Assembly: GCA_018692915.1 (NCBI GenBank)
Contig: JABHLG010000004.1
Coordinates: 1-60,926 of the forward strand
DNA: 60,926 nucleotides
Direction of reading: 5' to 3'
Origin: Candidatus Woesearchaeota archaeon
GTDB taxonomy: Archaea > Nanobdellota > Nanobdellia > UBA10117 > JABICX01
This document shows, one piece after another, positions 17,627 to 26,893 of the stretch (within the stretch, counting starts at the first letter, position 1; each line of letters begins with the position of its first letter). The notes beneath the pieces are model-generated. The model was not told the origin of the DNA and made no database searches. It saw only the letters and a program-made list of their open reading frames with translations. The translations under genes were made by a program, and so were the position numbers.

Positions 17627-18838
17627 TTAGATGTAATATAGCACAACCGGAATAACTAAAACTGCCATCAGATGAATTCTTCTAACTCCCACAAGAGGTG
17701 TAATCAAACCAATACAACTAGATATGAAAAGTATCCAAAGTCCAATTAATCCTGAAAAGAAAAATACAATAATGCTAATAAAGCAAATTACTCTGACGGA
17801 CATTTTGTGATAATTAAATCTTGAAATGTTCTTTGCAGTAAATCTGCCAATCTTTAAAGCAAGAATTACTCCAAAAATCATCGCTATAAAACAAACAAAA
17901 ATTAGAATTATGTAATCTGAAAAACTTAATTCAATAATATCCTTAAGTGCTGCAATAACTCCCGTCCTTGCTTTACCTATTAAGTAAAGCGTTGTAAGTG
18001 TAAATAAAGCAGCGGCAGTATTAATACCTCCAAGAACAACCAGAAAGTCTTCATTGTCTTTGAACTTTGTAAATGCGCGAGAAATAACTGCTGCCTGTGC
18101 AGCTCCAATTGCAGGTAAAACTGAAACAAATAATGAAGAAAGAGCTGCTTTGAAATAATCTAAAAATCGCGACTTTGTAAAACAATCAATTTTACTAGCT
18201 AAAATTTGCTTAGGAATTTTCTGTGTATTAAACAAACTTAGAAATAATGTGCTAATTCCAAACAAACCTGATAAAAGTGGAAACAGTGGTTGCTTAACTG
18301 AAATTGAATTTAGAACAACTAAACCAAGTGCTCCAGAAAGTAAAAATATTATACTTGCCCAGAATATCTTCTTAAATTTTCTTTCTTGTAAAATAAATAA
18401 TATTGAAAATATAATTAATATTGGTGCTATTATCTTGCTAAGTGTTTCATAAATATTTTCCAAAAAAACAAAAACAATTGGAATCAAAAACAAACTTAGG
18501 AAAAAAGTTCCTACACCACCAATAACTGTAAGTTTTAAAGCACGATAACCTCTACCTTGCATTAAAAGTTCATGTCCTGGCAAGATACTAAGAACTGTTG
18601 CATCTTCAGGAGCACCAAGAAAAACAGAGGGTATGAAGTCAATAAAAGAATGAACAACAACCATGGCAATTAGAAAACTTGCAACTGCAAGCGGAGAAAA
18701 CCAAGCCAACATTGTAGCACTTGCTCCAGCAACAATCAAAGCAATTGTATTTGTATGCAAACCTGGAATCAATCCCGTAACTGTCCCTGCACATATTCCA
18801 AGTAATACTGCTAGGATTAATTCTAGCATTAATAACAA
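17627..18838 (-). CDS. polytopic membrane protein, TctA/DUF112-like transporter subunit
   Basis: 403 aa with at least 10 helices. The N-terminal 'GLIPGLHTNT' resembles the TctA-family signature. The family call is tentative. Confidence 0.4.
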   Translation of the reverse strand: MLLMLELILAVLLGICAGTVTGLIPGLHTNTIALIVAGASATMLAWFSPLAVASFLIAMVVVHSFIDFIPSVFLGAPEDATVLSILPGHELLMQGRGYRALKLTVIGGVGTFFLSLFLIPIVFVFLENIYETLSKIIAPILIIFSILFILQERKFKKIFWASIIFLLSGALGLVVLNSISVKQPLFPLLSGLFGISTLFLSLFNTQKIPKQILASKIDCFTKSRFLDYFKAALSSLFVSVLPAIGAAQAAVISRAFTKFKDNEDFLVVLGGINTAAALFTLTTLYLIGKARTGVIAALKDIIELSFSDYIILIFVCFIAMIFGVILALKIGRFTAKNISRFNYHKMSVRVICFISIIVFFFSGLIGLWILFISSCIGLITPLVGVRRIHLMAVLVIPVVLYYI

Positions 18839-18879
18839 AACAAAACAAATTAATATAAAATTAGATTATTGATTAAACT

Positions 18880-19305
18880 ATGCGCATTAAAGTTGTAAAA
18901 ATTAATGAAGATATTTTGTTGCCTAAATATAAAACTGAAGGAGCCGCAGCAGTTGATTTGCATTCAACAACAGATATAATATTACCTACAAATAACGTTA
19001 TTGCTGTACCGACAGGACTTAAAGTTGAGATTCCCGAAGGATATGAATTACAGATTAGACAGCGAAGTGGTCTTGGTAAAAAAGGAATTATCATACCAAA
19101 TTCTCCAGGAACAATTGATTCAGATTTTAGAGGCGAAGTTCACATTCTTTTGCTTAATTTATCAACAGAAGATTTTGAAATTAAAAAAGGCGATAGAATT
19201 GCACAAGCCGTTTTAAATAAGTTCGAAAAAATAGATTGGGATGAAGTTAAAGAATTAACTGAAACTGAAAGAGGCGAAGGTGCTTTTGGTTCTACAGGCG
19301 TGTGA
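18880..19305 (+). CDS. dut: dUTP diphosphatase (trimeric dUTPase)
   Basis: All five dUTPase motifs: 'GAAAVDL', 'IRQRSGL', 'GTIDSDFRGE', 'DRIAQ' and 'RGEGAFGSTG'. Confidence 0.92.
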   Translation: MRIKVVKINEDILLPKYKTEGAAAVDLHSTTDIILPTNNVIAVPTGLKVEIPEGYELQIRQRSGLGKKGIIIPNSPGTIDSDFRGEVHILLLNLSTEDFEIKKGDRIAQAVLNKFEKIDWDEVKELTETERGEGAFGSTGV

Positions 19306-19330
19306 TTATTAATTTAATCAATATTTATAA

Positions 19331-21145
19331 ATGCTGAATTATATTATATTACATATGGCTCGAGATTCTAGAAAAGAAGAAAAGATTGGTAATAAATATT
19401 CTTTTAGGAGACAGTTTCAAGATTTGTGGTTTTATGCAGAAGGACAAAGAAATAAACTAGTTGTTTATTTTATTCTTACAATTATAATATCTTTAATTGC
19501 AATGGCACCACCGTATTTTTATGGAAGAATTATTGATGATTTAACAAATAATACTTTTGGAAACATATTTTTATTCTTAGGTTTAATTGCATTAAGTCAT
19601 ATAATTTATGAAACAGTTTATAATTTTGTAATATATAAAACTAAAATTATTGGAGGTATAGTTCGTAATCAATCAAGATTAAAAACATTTAATCACCTAT
19701 TTGGTCTGGATTATTCATTTTATGAAACTCATCCATTAGGCCAAATTTTTTCAAGAATTCAGACAGGGTCAAGTTCTGTAAGATTATTTATAAAATTATT
19801 ATTTAAGACAACAATAGTTAAGCTGTCAGGTATGATTTTTTCAGTAGCTATTCTTTTTACACTTAATTGGGTTGTAGCTCTAGCAGCATTAAGTGTTTTA
19901 ATGTTATTTTTAATTCATGGGATTTACACGATGAGTAAATTAGTTGAATTAGAAAATAAAGTCTATCGTGTATCTGAAAATGTTTATTCTACAGTATATG
20001 ATTTCTTTTCCCATATAAAAATTATAAAGCTGTTGAATATTAAAGATAAATTATTGAAAACTCTTAGTAGTTCTTATGAAGATATAATTAATAAACAAAA
20101 AATTACAAGAAGATATGAACGAGGAAGAAGTGCAGTTTCAAAATTAATATCTCAGTTATCTTCCGTTGCAATACTCACTTATCTAGCAATTAATGTTATG
20201 GATAGTTTAATGACTATCGGAATGGCGGTTATGATATATGGATTTTATTCTAAATTTTCTAGTTATGCAAGCACGATTTTAGGTGATTATACTACACTTA
20301 TTGGACAGCGAACTGGAATGTATAGAATGTCTTTAATATATGAAAATGTTCCAAAAATAACTGAACCTAAATCACCTAAGAGACCAGAAAACTGGCAGAA
20401 AATAAAATTTAATAATTTGTTTTTTAACTATCCTTCAAAAAAAGTTGATGTTCTTAAAGGAATTAATATAACGATTAACAAAGGAGAAAAAGTTGCTATT
20501 GTAGGTTTATCTGGATGTGGGAAATCAACTTTAGCAAAACTCTTTATGCGATTGTATCAGCCTAAACAAGGAAGTATTTGTATTGGTGATGTTGATATTA
20601 AAGACATACATTCAAATGATTTATATGAGCTTATAAAAATTGTTCCTCAAGATAATGAATTAATGAATTCATCAATTTATGATAATATGCAATTAGCTAC
20701 AAATAAGAAAGTAAGTAAAGATGACATCGTAAATGCTCTAAAGAATTCTGCATCATGGGAATTTGTAAATAAACTTCCTGAAAAACTTAATACCGTTGTT
20801 GGCCCAGATGGTGTTAAAATAAGTGGTGGAGAAAAACAACGGCTTTGTATTGCTAGAGCGCTTTTATCAAAACCTAAAATAATTGTATTAGATGAAGCAA
20901 CTTCTAATTTAGATGTTGTTACAGAGAAAAAAGTTCACAAAGATTTACACAATCTTTCAAAAAACATAACTTTGATTGCTATTACTCATAGAATATCTTC
21001 AGTATATTTATTTGATAGAATTATTGTTATGCATGATGGTAAGGTGGTTGGAGAAGGAACACACAGACAGTTATTAAAATCTAATAAATATTACAAGAAA
21101 TTGCAAGAAGCTTCAAAGAAAGATAAAACTAAGAAGTTAAAATAA
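19331..21145 (+). CDS. ABC exporter, fused permease and ATPase (MsbA/ABCB-like)
   Basis: Six N-terminal helices. Walker A 'GLSGCGKST', signature 'ISGGEKQR', Walker B 'IIVLDEATS'. An alternative ATG lies at 19355. Confidence 0.88.
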   Translation: MLNYIILHMARDSRKEEKIGNKYSFRRQFQDLWFYAEGQRNKLVVYFILTIIISLIAMAPPYFYGRIIDDLTNNTFGNIFLFLGLIALSHIIYETVYNFVIYKTKIIGGIVRNQSRLKTFNHLFGLDYSFYETHPLGQIFSRIQTGSSSVRLFIKLLFKTTIVKLSGMIFSVAILFTLNWVVALAALSVLMLFLIHGIYTMSKLVELENKVYRVSENVYSTVYDFFSHIKIIKLLNIKDKLLKTLSSSYEDIINKQKITRRYERGRSAVSKLISQLSSVAILTYLAINVMDSLMTIGMAVMIYGFYSKFSSYASTILGDYTTLIGQRTGMYRMSLIYENVPKITEPKSPKRPENWQKIKFNNLFFNYPSKKVDVLKGINITINKGEKVAIVGLSGCGKSTLAKLFMRLYQPKQGSICIGDVDIKDIHSNDLYELIKIVPQDNELMNSSIYDNMQLATNKKVSKDDIVNALKNSASWEFVNKLPEKLNTVVGPDGVKISGGEKQRLCIARALLSKPKIIVLDEATSNLDVVTEKKVHKDLHNLSKNITLIAITHRISSVYLFDRIIVMHDGKVVGEGTHRQLLKSNKYYKKLQEASKKDKTKKLK

Positions 21146-21470
21146 TTTTATCTGCAATGATTTCTAACTCACCTTGATATATTTTTACTAAACCTTGAAC
21201 TCTCACTTCTGAACCTTTTTTCAGTTTCAGCATATTACCAAAAGCAACAACTTTGATTTCTCCAGTTTTGTCTTTAAGGTCAAAGAAATTTACATCAGCT
21301 TTCTGAAAAGAGCTTGTAATCGCACCTTCAATAATTATTCTTTGTTCAACTTTGTTCTCTAGTTCAGCAACATTAACTTGCTCTAGCTCTGTAAATTCAG
21401 CTAGCACAATAAGTGAAAGTAATCCAATTAAACTAAATACAAGTGCAAAACCAAGTAGTTTCTTACTCAT
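21129..21470 (-). CDS. membrane-anchored OB-fold protein
   Basis: 113 aa. N-terminal TM helix, then a beta-rich 'IIIEGAI...GEIKVVAF...VRVQGLV..YQGELEI' pattern typical of tRNA_anti-like OB folds. Confidence 0.45.
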   Translation of the reverse strand: MSKKLLGFALVFSLIGLLSLIVLAEFTELEQVNVAELENKVEQRIIIEGAITSSFQKADVNFFDLKDKTGEIKVVAFGNMLKLKKGSEVRVQGLVKIYQGELEIIADKIILTS

Positions 21471-21547
21471 CTTATTCTAAACATGTAAACTTCAAAAGAT
21501 ATTATATACTACATAAATGTTTTTTAACTTCATTTTGATGAAGTTGT

Positions 21548-23281
21548 ATGAGTTGGAAAAATATTGAAAATAGTATTAATACTGCGTTTACAACAGTAAA
21601 CAGAAATGCGCTTGTTAAGATTGACCCTCCAACGGCAATTCTTGAAGGAAGGGACGGACTTATTGAGAAAAAAGCAGTAAGATATATTGAGAAAAAATAT
21701 GATTATTTATTAAGGGATAGTGATTTACCAACAAATTCTGATGATAGATTACTTGCACTAACTAAGTTAGCTTTAATTGATAATCAAGACCAGACTGTAT
21801 TTAACAAAGGACATTATCATTTTCGTATTAATGGAACTTTAGTTTTAAGTAATGATTATTTTAGACACCAGAGTGCAGAGTTTGCACAGTATGGCAATAC
21901 AAAAAGACTAAAAGATAATATTGAGGGAGATAATATAAATCAAATCAAATATTTTCTTCCACCCGAATGGCAAAAAGCACCACAATTAGCAGCAGAATTT
22001 CATTCAGCAATGGCTTTTGATAGTTATTTTATTAAAGAAATGATTGATGAGGGAATCCCCTCAAATCAAGCAAAACATATATTAGTAAATGCAATAACTG
22101 CTGAAATAGAATTAAGTGCAAATCTTAGGACCATATTTAACATTACAGGTATGAGAGATTGTTCTGGTGCGCAATTTGAAACAAATTATATTGGTAATTT
22201 AATTACATTAGCTACAAAAAACGCTACACCACAGTTAGCAAATTGGTTAGGTTCTCGATGTGTTCCAGATGATATTTGTAGAGAAAAATATACTTGTAAA
22301 AAAATAAAAGATAGAAAGGAAATATATACAAGTAATCTTGTAAAAGATCCATCTTCTGGGAAATTAATTGAAATAGACCATTTTGATAATTCATTATTAG
22401 AGAATATTATACATAAAAAACAAGAACAAATAGCAAATACAATTGCACCAAATTTGACTAATAATGACGCAGGATTTATACATAATATGAAGTTAGCAAA
22501 TCAAAAATATCTTCAAGCAAAAAAAGATGGCGTTTCATATGAATTTTCACCTAAAATTAAATTTAGATCTCACTTAAGAAATGAAAAAGGAGAACTTGAA
22601 TTAGAACCTATATTGGCTGAAAATGCAAATACTACATTTAAACGACTTCCATTAGAAGATATGCCAAGCAATTTTGAATTTAAAGAAGGTGAAATTGATT
22701 CTACTTTAGATAGTGTTGTTGATCAAAGACATTATGGTGTATTTGATACAGGAATTCTTGTTTATAATGTGGCAATTAGTAGAATGATGTTGCAAAGAAT
22801 TGCAAGACATAAAAATGGTTTAATGTTCTCAAGTCAACATCATACAGAACATGCGAATTTTGAATATGTTGTTCCGCCAGCAATTAAGAAAAATCCAAAA
22901 ATGTTAGAAAAATATCATACATTAATGTATTACCGTTCAGATTTATATGCTAGAGCTGTAGATGCGGGAATTGATATAAGTCAAGCAAGATATTGTATAC
23001 CAATTGCAGCAGGATGTAAGGGAACGATATCTCTGCGACCTAGAAATGCACTTACAACTGCATTACAAAGAGCTTGCTCAACCGGTTGGGCAGACAGTAA
23101 TTTTATGATGCAACTTACTGAAGAAACTAAAGATTATTATCCTCGGGCATTTAAAAAAATGGGACCAAAGTGTATGACTACACCAAATATTAGTTGTGCT
23201 AAAACATGTGATAGAAAAGATTTAGTTTTATCTGCTTACCGTGATAGAAATCCTGATGCAGTAAAAGAGTTAATGAATTAA
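21548..23281 (+). CDS. tandem (duplicated) ThyX-like flavin-dependent thymidylate synthase-fold protein, both halves divergent
   Basis: Half 1: 'FRHQSAEF..TKR' aligns with ThyX 'FRHRIASY..SGR', and 'IPSNQAKHILV...ANLRTIFNITGMRDCSGAQFE' aligns with 'VPREVARIVLP...[20 protein letters not shown]'. Half 2: 'IARHKNGLMFSSQ...FEYVVPP' and 'SQARYCIP...LRPRNALTTALQRAC'. Confidence 0.55.
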   Translation: MSWKNIENSINTAFTTVNRNALVKIDPPTAILEGRDGLIEKKAVRYIEKKYDYLLRDSDLPTNSDDRLLALTKLALIDNQDQTVFNKGHYHFRINGTLVLSNDYFRHQSAEFAQYGNTKRLKDNIEGDNINQIKYFLPPEWQKAPQLAAEFHSAMAFDSYFIKEMIDEGIPSNQAKHILVNAITAEIELSANLRTIFNITGMRDCSGAQFETNYIGNLITLATKNATPQLANWLGSRCVPDDICREKYTCKKIKDRKEIYTSNLVKDPSSGKLIEIDHFDNSLLENIIHKKQEQIANTIAPNLTNNDAGFIHNMKLANQKYLQAKKDGVSYEFSPKIKFRSHLRNEKGELELEPILAENANTTFKRLPLEDMPSNFEFKEGEIDSTLDSVVDQRHYGVFDTGILVYNVAISRMMLQRIARHKNGLMFSSQHHTEHANFEYVVPPAIKKNPKMLEKYHTLMYYRSDLYARAVDAGIDISQARYCIPIAAGCKGTISLRPRNALTTALQRACSTGWADSNFMMQLTEETKDYYPRAFKKMGPKCMTTPNISCAKTCDRKDLVLSAYRDRNPDAVKELMN

Positions 23282-23285
23282 TGAA

Positions 23286-23825
23286 TTATTTGAATTTTGG
23301 ATTATATAATTTAGTTGCGTTTTTTTCCATAATTAAACGACTGGTGCCATTTTTTTCCATACCATCACAACAAGGTTTGCAAGCCCACCAGTGACCTGCT
23401 AAATATACATCCGCACCTTCTAATTCAAACCCATGTTCTTTAGCATCAGCAATAGCTTCTTGTTCAGCATGTCGAGCATTACCACATATTTCTTCACATA
23501 AATGATATCCTTGTCCTGTTTCAAAACCTTGTTTATCTTTAGGACAATTGTCTAATCTTGTTTCTATACCTTCCAATTTTTTTGATGGAGCATCTTTTGG
23601 ACCGTTCCATCCTTGTCCAATAATTTCATTAAGTTTAACAATAACTGCCGCAGTCTGTTGTTTAAAACATCCAGAATATTCACGAAGTCTAAGTGCTTCT
23701 TTCATAAATGGATTATTTTTAGTTACATAAACAATCTTAAGATTTTCTGGTGTGTGAGGGTAAGGGATAGGTGAACTATATGTAGATTTGTTTCTAATTG
23801 TATTAATTGGAGTTTTATTAATCAT
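23286..23825 (-). CDS. dCMP (deoxycytidylate) deaminase, zinc-dependent CDA fold
   Basis: 'ARHAEQEAI' (HAE) and 'WACKPCCDGM' (PCxxC) zinc motifs. About 50-aa N-terminal extension. Confidence 0.8.
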   Translation of the reverse strand: MINKTPINTIRNKSTYSSPIPYPHTPENLKIVYVTKNNPFMKEALRLREYSGCFKQQTAAVIVKLNEIIGQGWNGPKDAPSKKLEGIETRLDNCPKDKQGFETGQGYHLCEEICGNARHAEQEAIADAKEHGFELEGADVYLAGHWWACKPCCDGMEKNGTSRLIMEKNATKLYNPKFK

Positions 23826-23863
23826 ATAATTTCTTTTAAATTAGGTTTTTAAGAGTTTATATA

Positions 23864-24442
23864 ATGGAAAAAGAAGTTCATTTAGGTGTTACCGGACCAT
23901 TTGGTGCAGGTAAAACTGCAGCAATAAATGCACTTGAAGAAGTAGGATTTACTTATCATTCATTATCTGATGAAGTTAGAAAAGAAGCAAGAGCACAAGG
24001 ACATACAGAACTTGAAAGAGACATTTTAATTAATGTTGGTAATAATACTCGTCGAGAGTATGGTCAGATGGTTTTTGCACAAAGAGTTTTAGATTCTGCA
24101 AAAGATGACGATAAAGCAATTTTTGATGGTATTAGAGCAGTAGGTGAAGTTAATTATTTTAAAGAGAATGACCCAAATTTTATATTAATAGCAATAACTG
24201 CATCTGAAGAAACAAGATATAATCGAATATTATCTCGAGGACGGGCAGGTGATCCAAAAACTCTTGATGAAATTGCTATAAAAGACAGAAAAGACAGAGG
24301 TATTGGAATTGATGAATGTGTTAAAATGGCACATCATGTTATTGTTAATGAAGGTATTACAATTGAGCAATTAACTGGAAAATTATTTGAATATATTGGT
24401 ATTGAAAGACAAAAAGTGTGTGAGGTAGCTAATATCATGTAG
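23864..24442 (+). CDS. P-loop nucleotide kinase (CoaE/dNMP-kinase-like)
   Basis: Walker A 'GVTGPFGAGKT' at the N-terminus. 192 aa, with 'FDGIRAVGEV' and 'RILSRGRAGD' lid-like segments. Substrate unknown. Confidence 0.55.
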   Translation: MEKEVHLGVTGPFGAGKTAAINALEEVGFTYHSLSDEVRKEARAQGHTELERDILINVGNNTRREYGQMVFAQRVLDSAKDDDKAIFDGIRAVGEVNYFKENDPNFILIAITASEETRYNRILSRGRAGDPKTLDEIAIKDRKDRGIGIDECVKMAHHVIVNEGITIEQLTGKLFEYIGIERQKVCEVANIM

Positions 24443-25394
24443 TTTTGTTATATTCTTTGTACCATTGAATAAAATTTTTAATACCTTGTTCTATACTCAC
24501 CTTTGGATTAAAGCCAAGCATTTTCTTAGCTTTATCTATGTTAGCAAATGTTTCAGCAATATCTCCTGCTTGCATAGGTAGAAGATTTTTCTCACCTTTC
24601 TTGCCAAGTTCTTTTTCAATAGTTTCAATAAAATAAAGGAGTTCAACTGTTTTGTTGTTTCCTAAATTAAATATTTCATATCCAAACGGTTTATCAAGAC
24701 AAGCAAGAAGTCCAGCAACAATATCATCTATGTATGTAAAATCGCGTTTCATTTTACCATAGTTGAATACATCCATCGGTTTTTCTTCAAGAATTGCTTT
24801 TGTAAATAAGAACAGCGCCATATCTGGCCGACCCCAAGGACCATATACCGTAAAAAATCTAAGTCCTGTGCAATTAATTCCATACAAATGATGATAACAG
24901 TATGCCATTAATTCATCAGATTTTTTTGTTGCAGCATAAAGTGAGATTGGTGTATCAACATTATCTGTTTCAGAAAAAGGAATAGTTTTGTTTCCACCAT
25001 AAACAGAAGAGCTAGATGCAAAAACAAAATCTTTTACTTTGTGGTGCCTAGCAAGTTCCAGCAAAACAAGAGTCCCAAGCAAATTAGCTTTCTCATAAAC
25101 AAATGGATGGTCTAAAGAATATCTAACTCCTGCTTGTGCAGCCAAGTGACAAATTTTATCAAATTTATTTTCCTGAAATATTTTTTCCATTTCTTTGTAA
25201 TCTGAAATATCTATTCTATATATTTTCAGATTTTTATTATCTTTGATTTGATTAATTCTATTCTCTTTAAATGAAACGTCATAATAATCGTTAAAATTAT
25301 CTACAATAATAACTTCATCACCTCGTTCTAATAGTGCTTTAGTTGTATGAAATCCAATAAATCCTGCACCACCGGTTACTAGAACTTTCATCAT
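24435..25394 (-). CDS. NAD-dependent sugar-nucleotide epimerase (UDP-glucuronate 4-epimerase-like SDR)
   Basis: 'VTGGAGFIGFH' Rossmann motif, 'YAATK' catalytic YxxxK, and the 'LRFFTVYGPWGRPDMA' block characteristic of this subgroup. Confidence 0.85.
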   Translation of the reverse strand: MMKVLVTGGAGFIGFHTTKALLERGDEVIIVDNFNDYYDVSFKENRINQIKDNKNLKIYRIDISDYKEMEKIFQENKFDKICHLAAQAGVRYSLDHPFVYEKANLLGTLVLLELARHHKVKDFVFASSSSVYGGNKTIPFSETDNVDTPISLYAATKKSDELMAYCYHHLYGINCTGLRFFTVYGPWGRPDMALFLFTKAILEEKPMDVFNYGKMKRDFTYIDDIVAGLLACLDKPFGYEIFNLGNNKTVELLYFIETIEKELGKKGEKNLLPMQAGDIAETFANIDKAKKMLGFNPKVSIEQGIKNFIQWYKEYNKTT

Positions 25395-25495
25395 TATTTT
25401 GCTGAGATTTTTTTAAAATGTTTGTGCTGATATAAAATAGATTTGTGTTCTACAAAACTACAAAACTTTATAAATTTGATTTATAGAGAAAATTC

Positions 25496-25636
25496 ATGCT
25501 AGTAAAAGTATATGGTCTGGCAGATTTAGCAGCAGCAGGAGTGTTGTATTTCTCAGATTTTGGTTGGTTAAATTGGCTTAAGATTATCATTATACTCGCA
25601 CTTGTGTTTAAAGGAATTCCTTCGGTGATGGCCTGA
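25496..25636 (+). CDS. 46-aa two-helix micro-membrane protein (paralog 1, below the ORF-track cutoff)
   Basis: ATG 25496 to TGA 25634-25636: MLVKVYGLADLAAAGVLYFSDFGWLNWLKIIIILALVFKGIPSVMA. It aligns with the next small ORF. Confidence 0.45.
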   Translation: MLVKVYGLADLAAAGVLYFSDFGWLNWLKIIIILALVFKGIPSVMA

Positions 25637-25687
25637 TGGAAAAAATTAAAATTTTCTACATCTTAACTCGCAAGGAGGCTCGCTAAG

Positions 25688-25819
25688 ATGCATATTTATG
25701 GAATAGTTGATTTGCTTGCAGCAATGTTTGTTCTAGCTTCAGATATTAGTACGGGATGGTTTAAGTGGAGCGTTTTAGGCATATTATTAATTAAAGGACT
25801 TCACTCTCAATTTGTATAA
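25688..25819 (+). CDS. 43-aa two-helix micro-membrane protein (paralog 2)
   Basis: ATG 25688 to TAA 25817-25819: MHIYGIVDLLAAMFVLASDISTGWFKWSVLGILLIKGLHSQFV. A ggagg lies about 12 nt upstream. Confidence 0.45.
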   Translation: MHIYGIVDLLAAMFVLASDISTGWFKWSVLGILLIKGLHSQFV

Positions 25820-25866
25820 AATATAGCTATTGTTCGGCCTGTGATAGAAAATTATTTAATATCATT

Positions 25867-26142
25867 GTGTCTTTATTCAGTATGCCAGAAGAAAAGAAGT
25901 TTTCAAGAGATATAGTTGGAAAAGTAATTGTTTCAAAATCCGGAAAAAAGTTCGGTGTTGTAGGTGATTTAGTTTTTGAGACACGTACAGGAGAGTTAAT
26001 TTATATTCTATTATCAAATGCAACGGAGTTTGCAGCAAACTTAAATCTTGAAACATCAAAAAACGGTGACTTAATGGTTCCATTTAGTTCGGTTTTATCA
26101 ACTGGCGACTTTGTTATAATTTCTGAAGAAGATATTATTTAA
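25867..26142 (+). CDS. PRC-barrel domain protein
   Basis: 'RDIVGKVIVSKSGKKFGVVGDLVFETRTGELIYILL' fits the PRC-barrel pattern. The track start is GTG; the first ATG is at 25882. Confidence 0.65.
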   Translation: MSLFSMPEEKKFSRDIVGKVIVSKSGKKFGVVGDLVFETRTGELIYILLSNATEFAANLNLETSKNGDLMVPFSSVLSTGDFVIISEEDII

Positions 26143-26156
26143 TTAAATTAATAGTA

Positions 26157-26465
26157 ATGGTGTTAAAAGAACTTATTGAGGGCTATCGTTTAGGTAGAGA
26201 TATGATTGATATAATTTTATCTATAGAAGACAAAGGATATGTTTTTCATCCAAATACTCAACAAATAGTTAATCCTGAAACACAAGAAATAGTTTCAGAA
26301 AATACTGAATATAATATTAAATGGAGTAAATTACGTAGCAATGGTTATCGCGTGATTGGTTCTTGTTTATATGATGTTATTCATTCACATAAATCTACCT
26401 TATGGAGAGAATATACTTCACCAAAAAGAAATATAAATATTAGTGAAATTAGCTCAGATTTTTAA
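26157..26465 (+). CDS. hypothetical protein
   Basis: 102-aa ORF in its own slot. No motif recognised. Confidence 0.45.
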   Translation: MVLKELIEGYRLGRDMIDIILSIEDKGYVFHPNTQQIVNPETQEIVSENTEYNIKWSKLRSNGYRVIGSCLYDVIHSHKSTLWREYTSPKRNINISEISSDF

Positions 26466-26893
26466 TTTTCTAAAATTGATCTATTTTGTATTACATATTC
26501 TTTAATAGGTCTTACTGTATCTCGTTCTATAGCTTGATCTAAAGTAATATATTCAGCTAGTTGACCTTCAGTAAGAATTATTTCATCTATTTTTGCAACA
26601 GTTTCTCCGTAATACCAATAAACATCTTTGTGAATTGGAGCATTATGTTCATCTTTAAGAATTAATGTCTTTGAAAGAAATCTAAATCTATCTAACTCTA
26701 GTCCTATTTCTTCTAATGTTTCTCGTTTTATTGCATCAATCGGTTTTTCATTAATATCCACATAACCACCCGTTATTGTCCAAGTGTTTGGATAAACTAT
26801 TGTTGATATATCATCTCTTAATATAAATAGAAATTTTCTATGTATAGAGTTCTTAATAAATACATGAACTGATTCAGGTGCTTCTTTTATCAT
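26462..26893 (-). CDS. NUDIX hydrolase
   Basis: Nudix box 'GGYVDINEKPIDAIKRETLEEIGL' (Gx5Ex7REUxEExGU). Confidence 0.85.
   Translation of the reverse strand: MIKEAPESVHVFIKNSIHRKFLFILRDDISTIVYPNTWTITGGYVDINEKPIDAIKRETLEEIGLELDRFRFLSKTLILKDEHNAPIHKDVYWYYGETVAKIDEIILTEGQLAEYITLDQAIERDTVRPIKEYVIQNRSILEN

Noticed and set aside
14692-18838. Integrated mobile element or provirus spanning the Cas4-like gene to the TctA-like gene
   Set aside because: No integrase, transposase, flanking tRNA or terminal direct repeats could be found by eye. Only the nuclease, repeat cluster and wHTH sub-block is retained as a finding.
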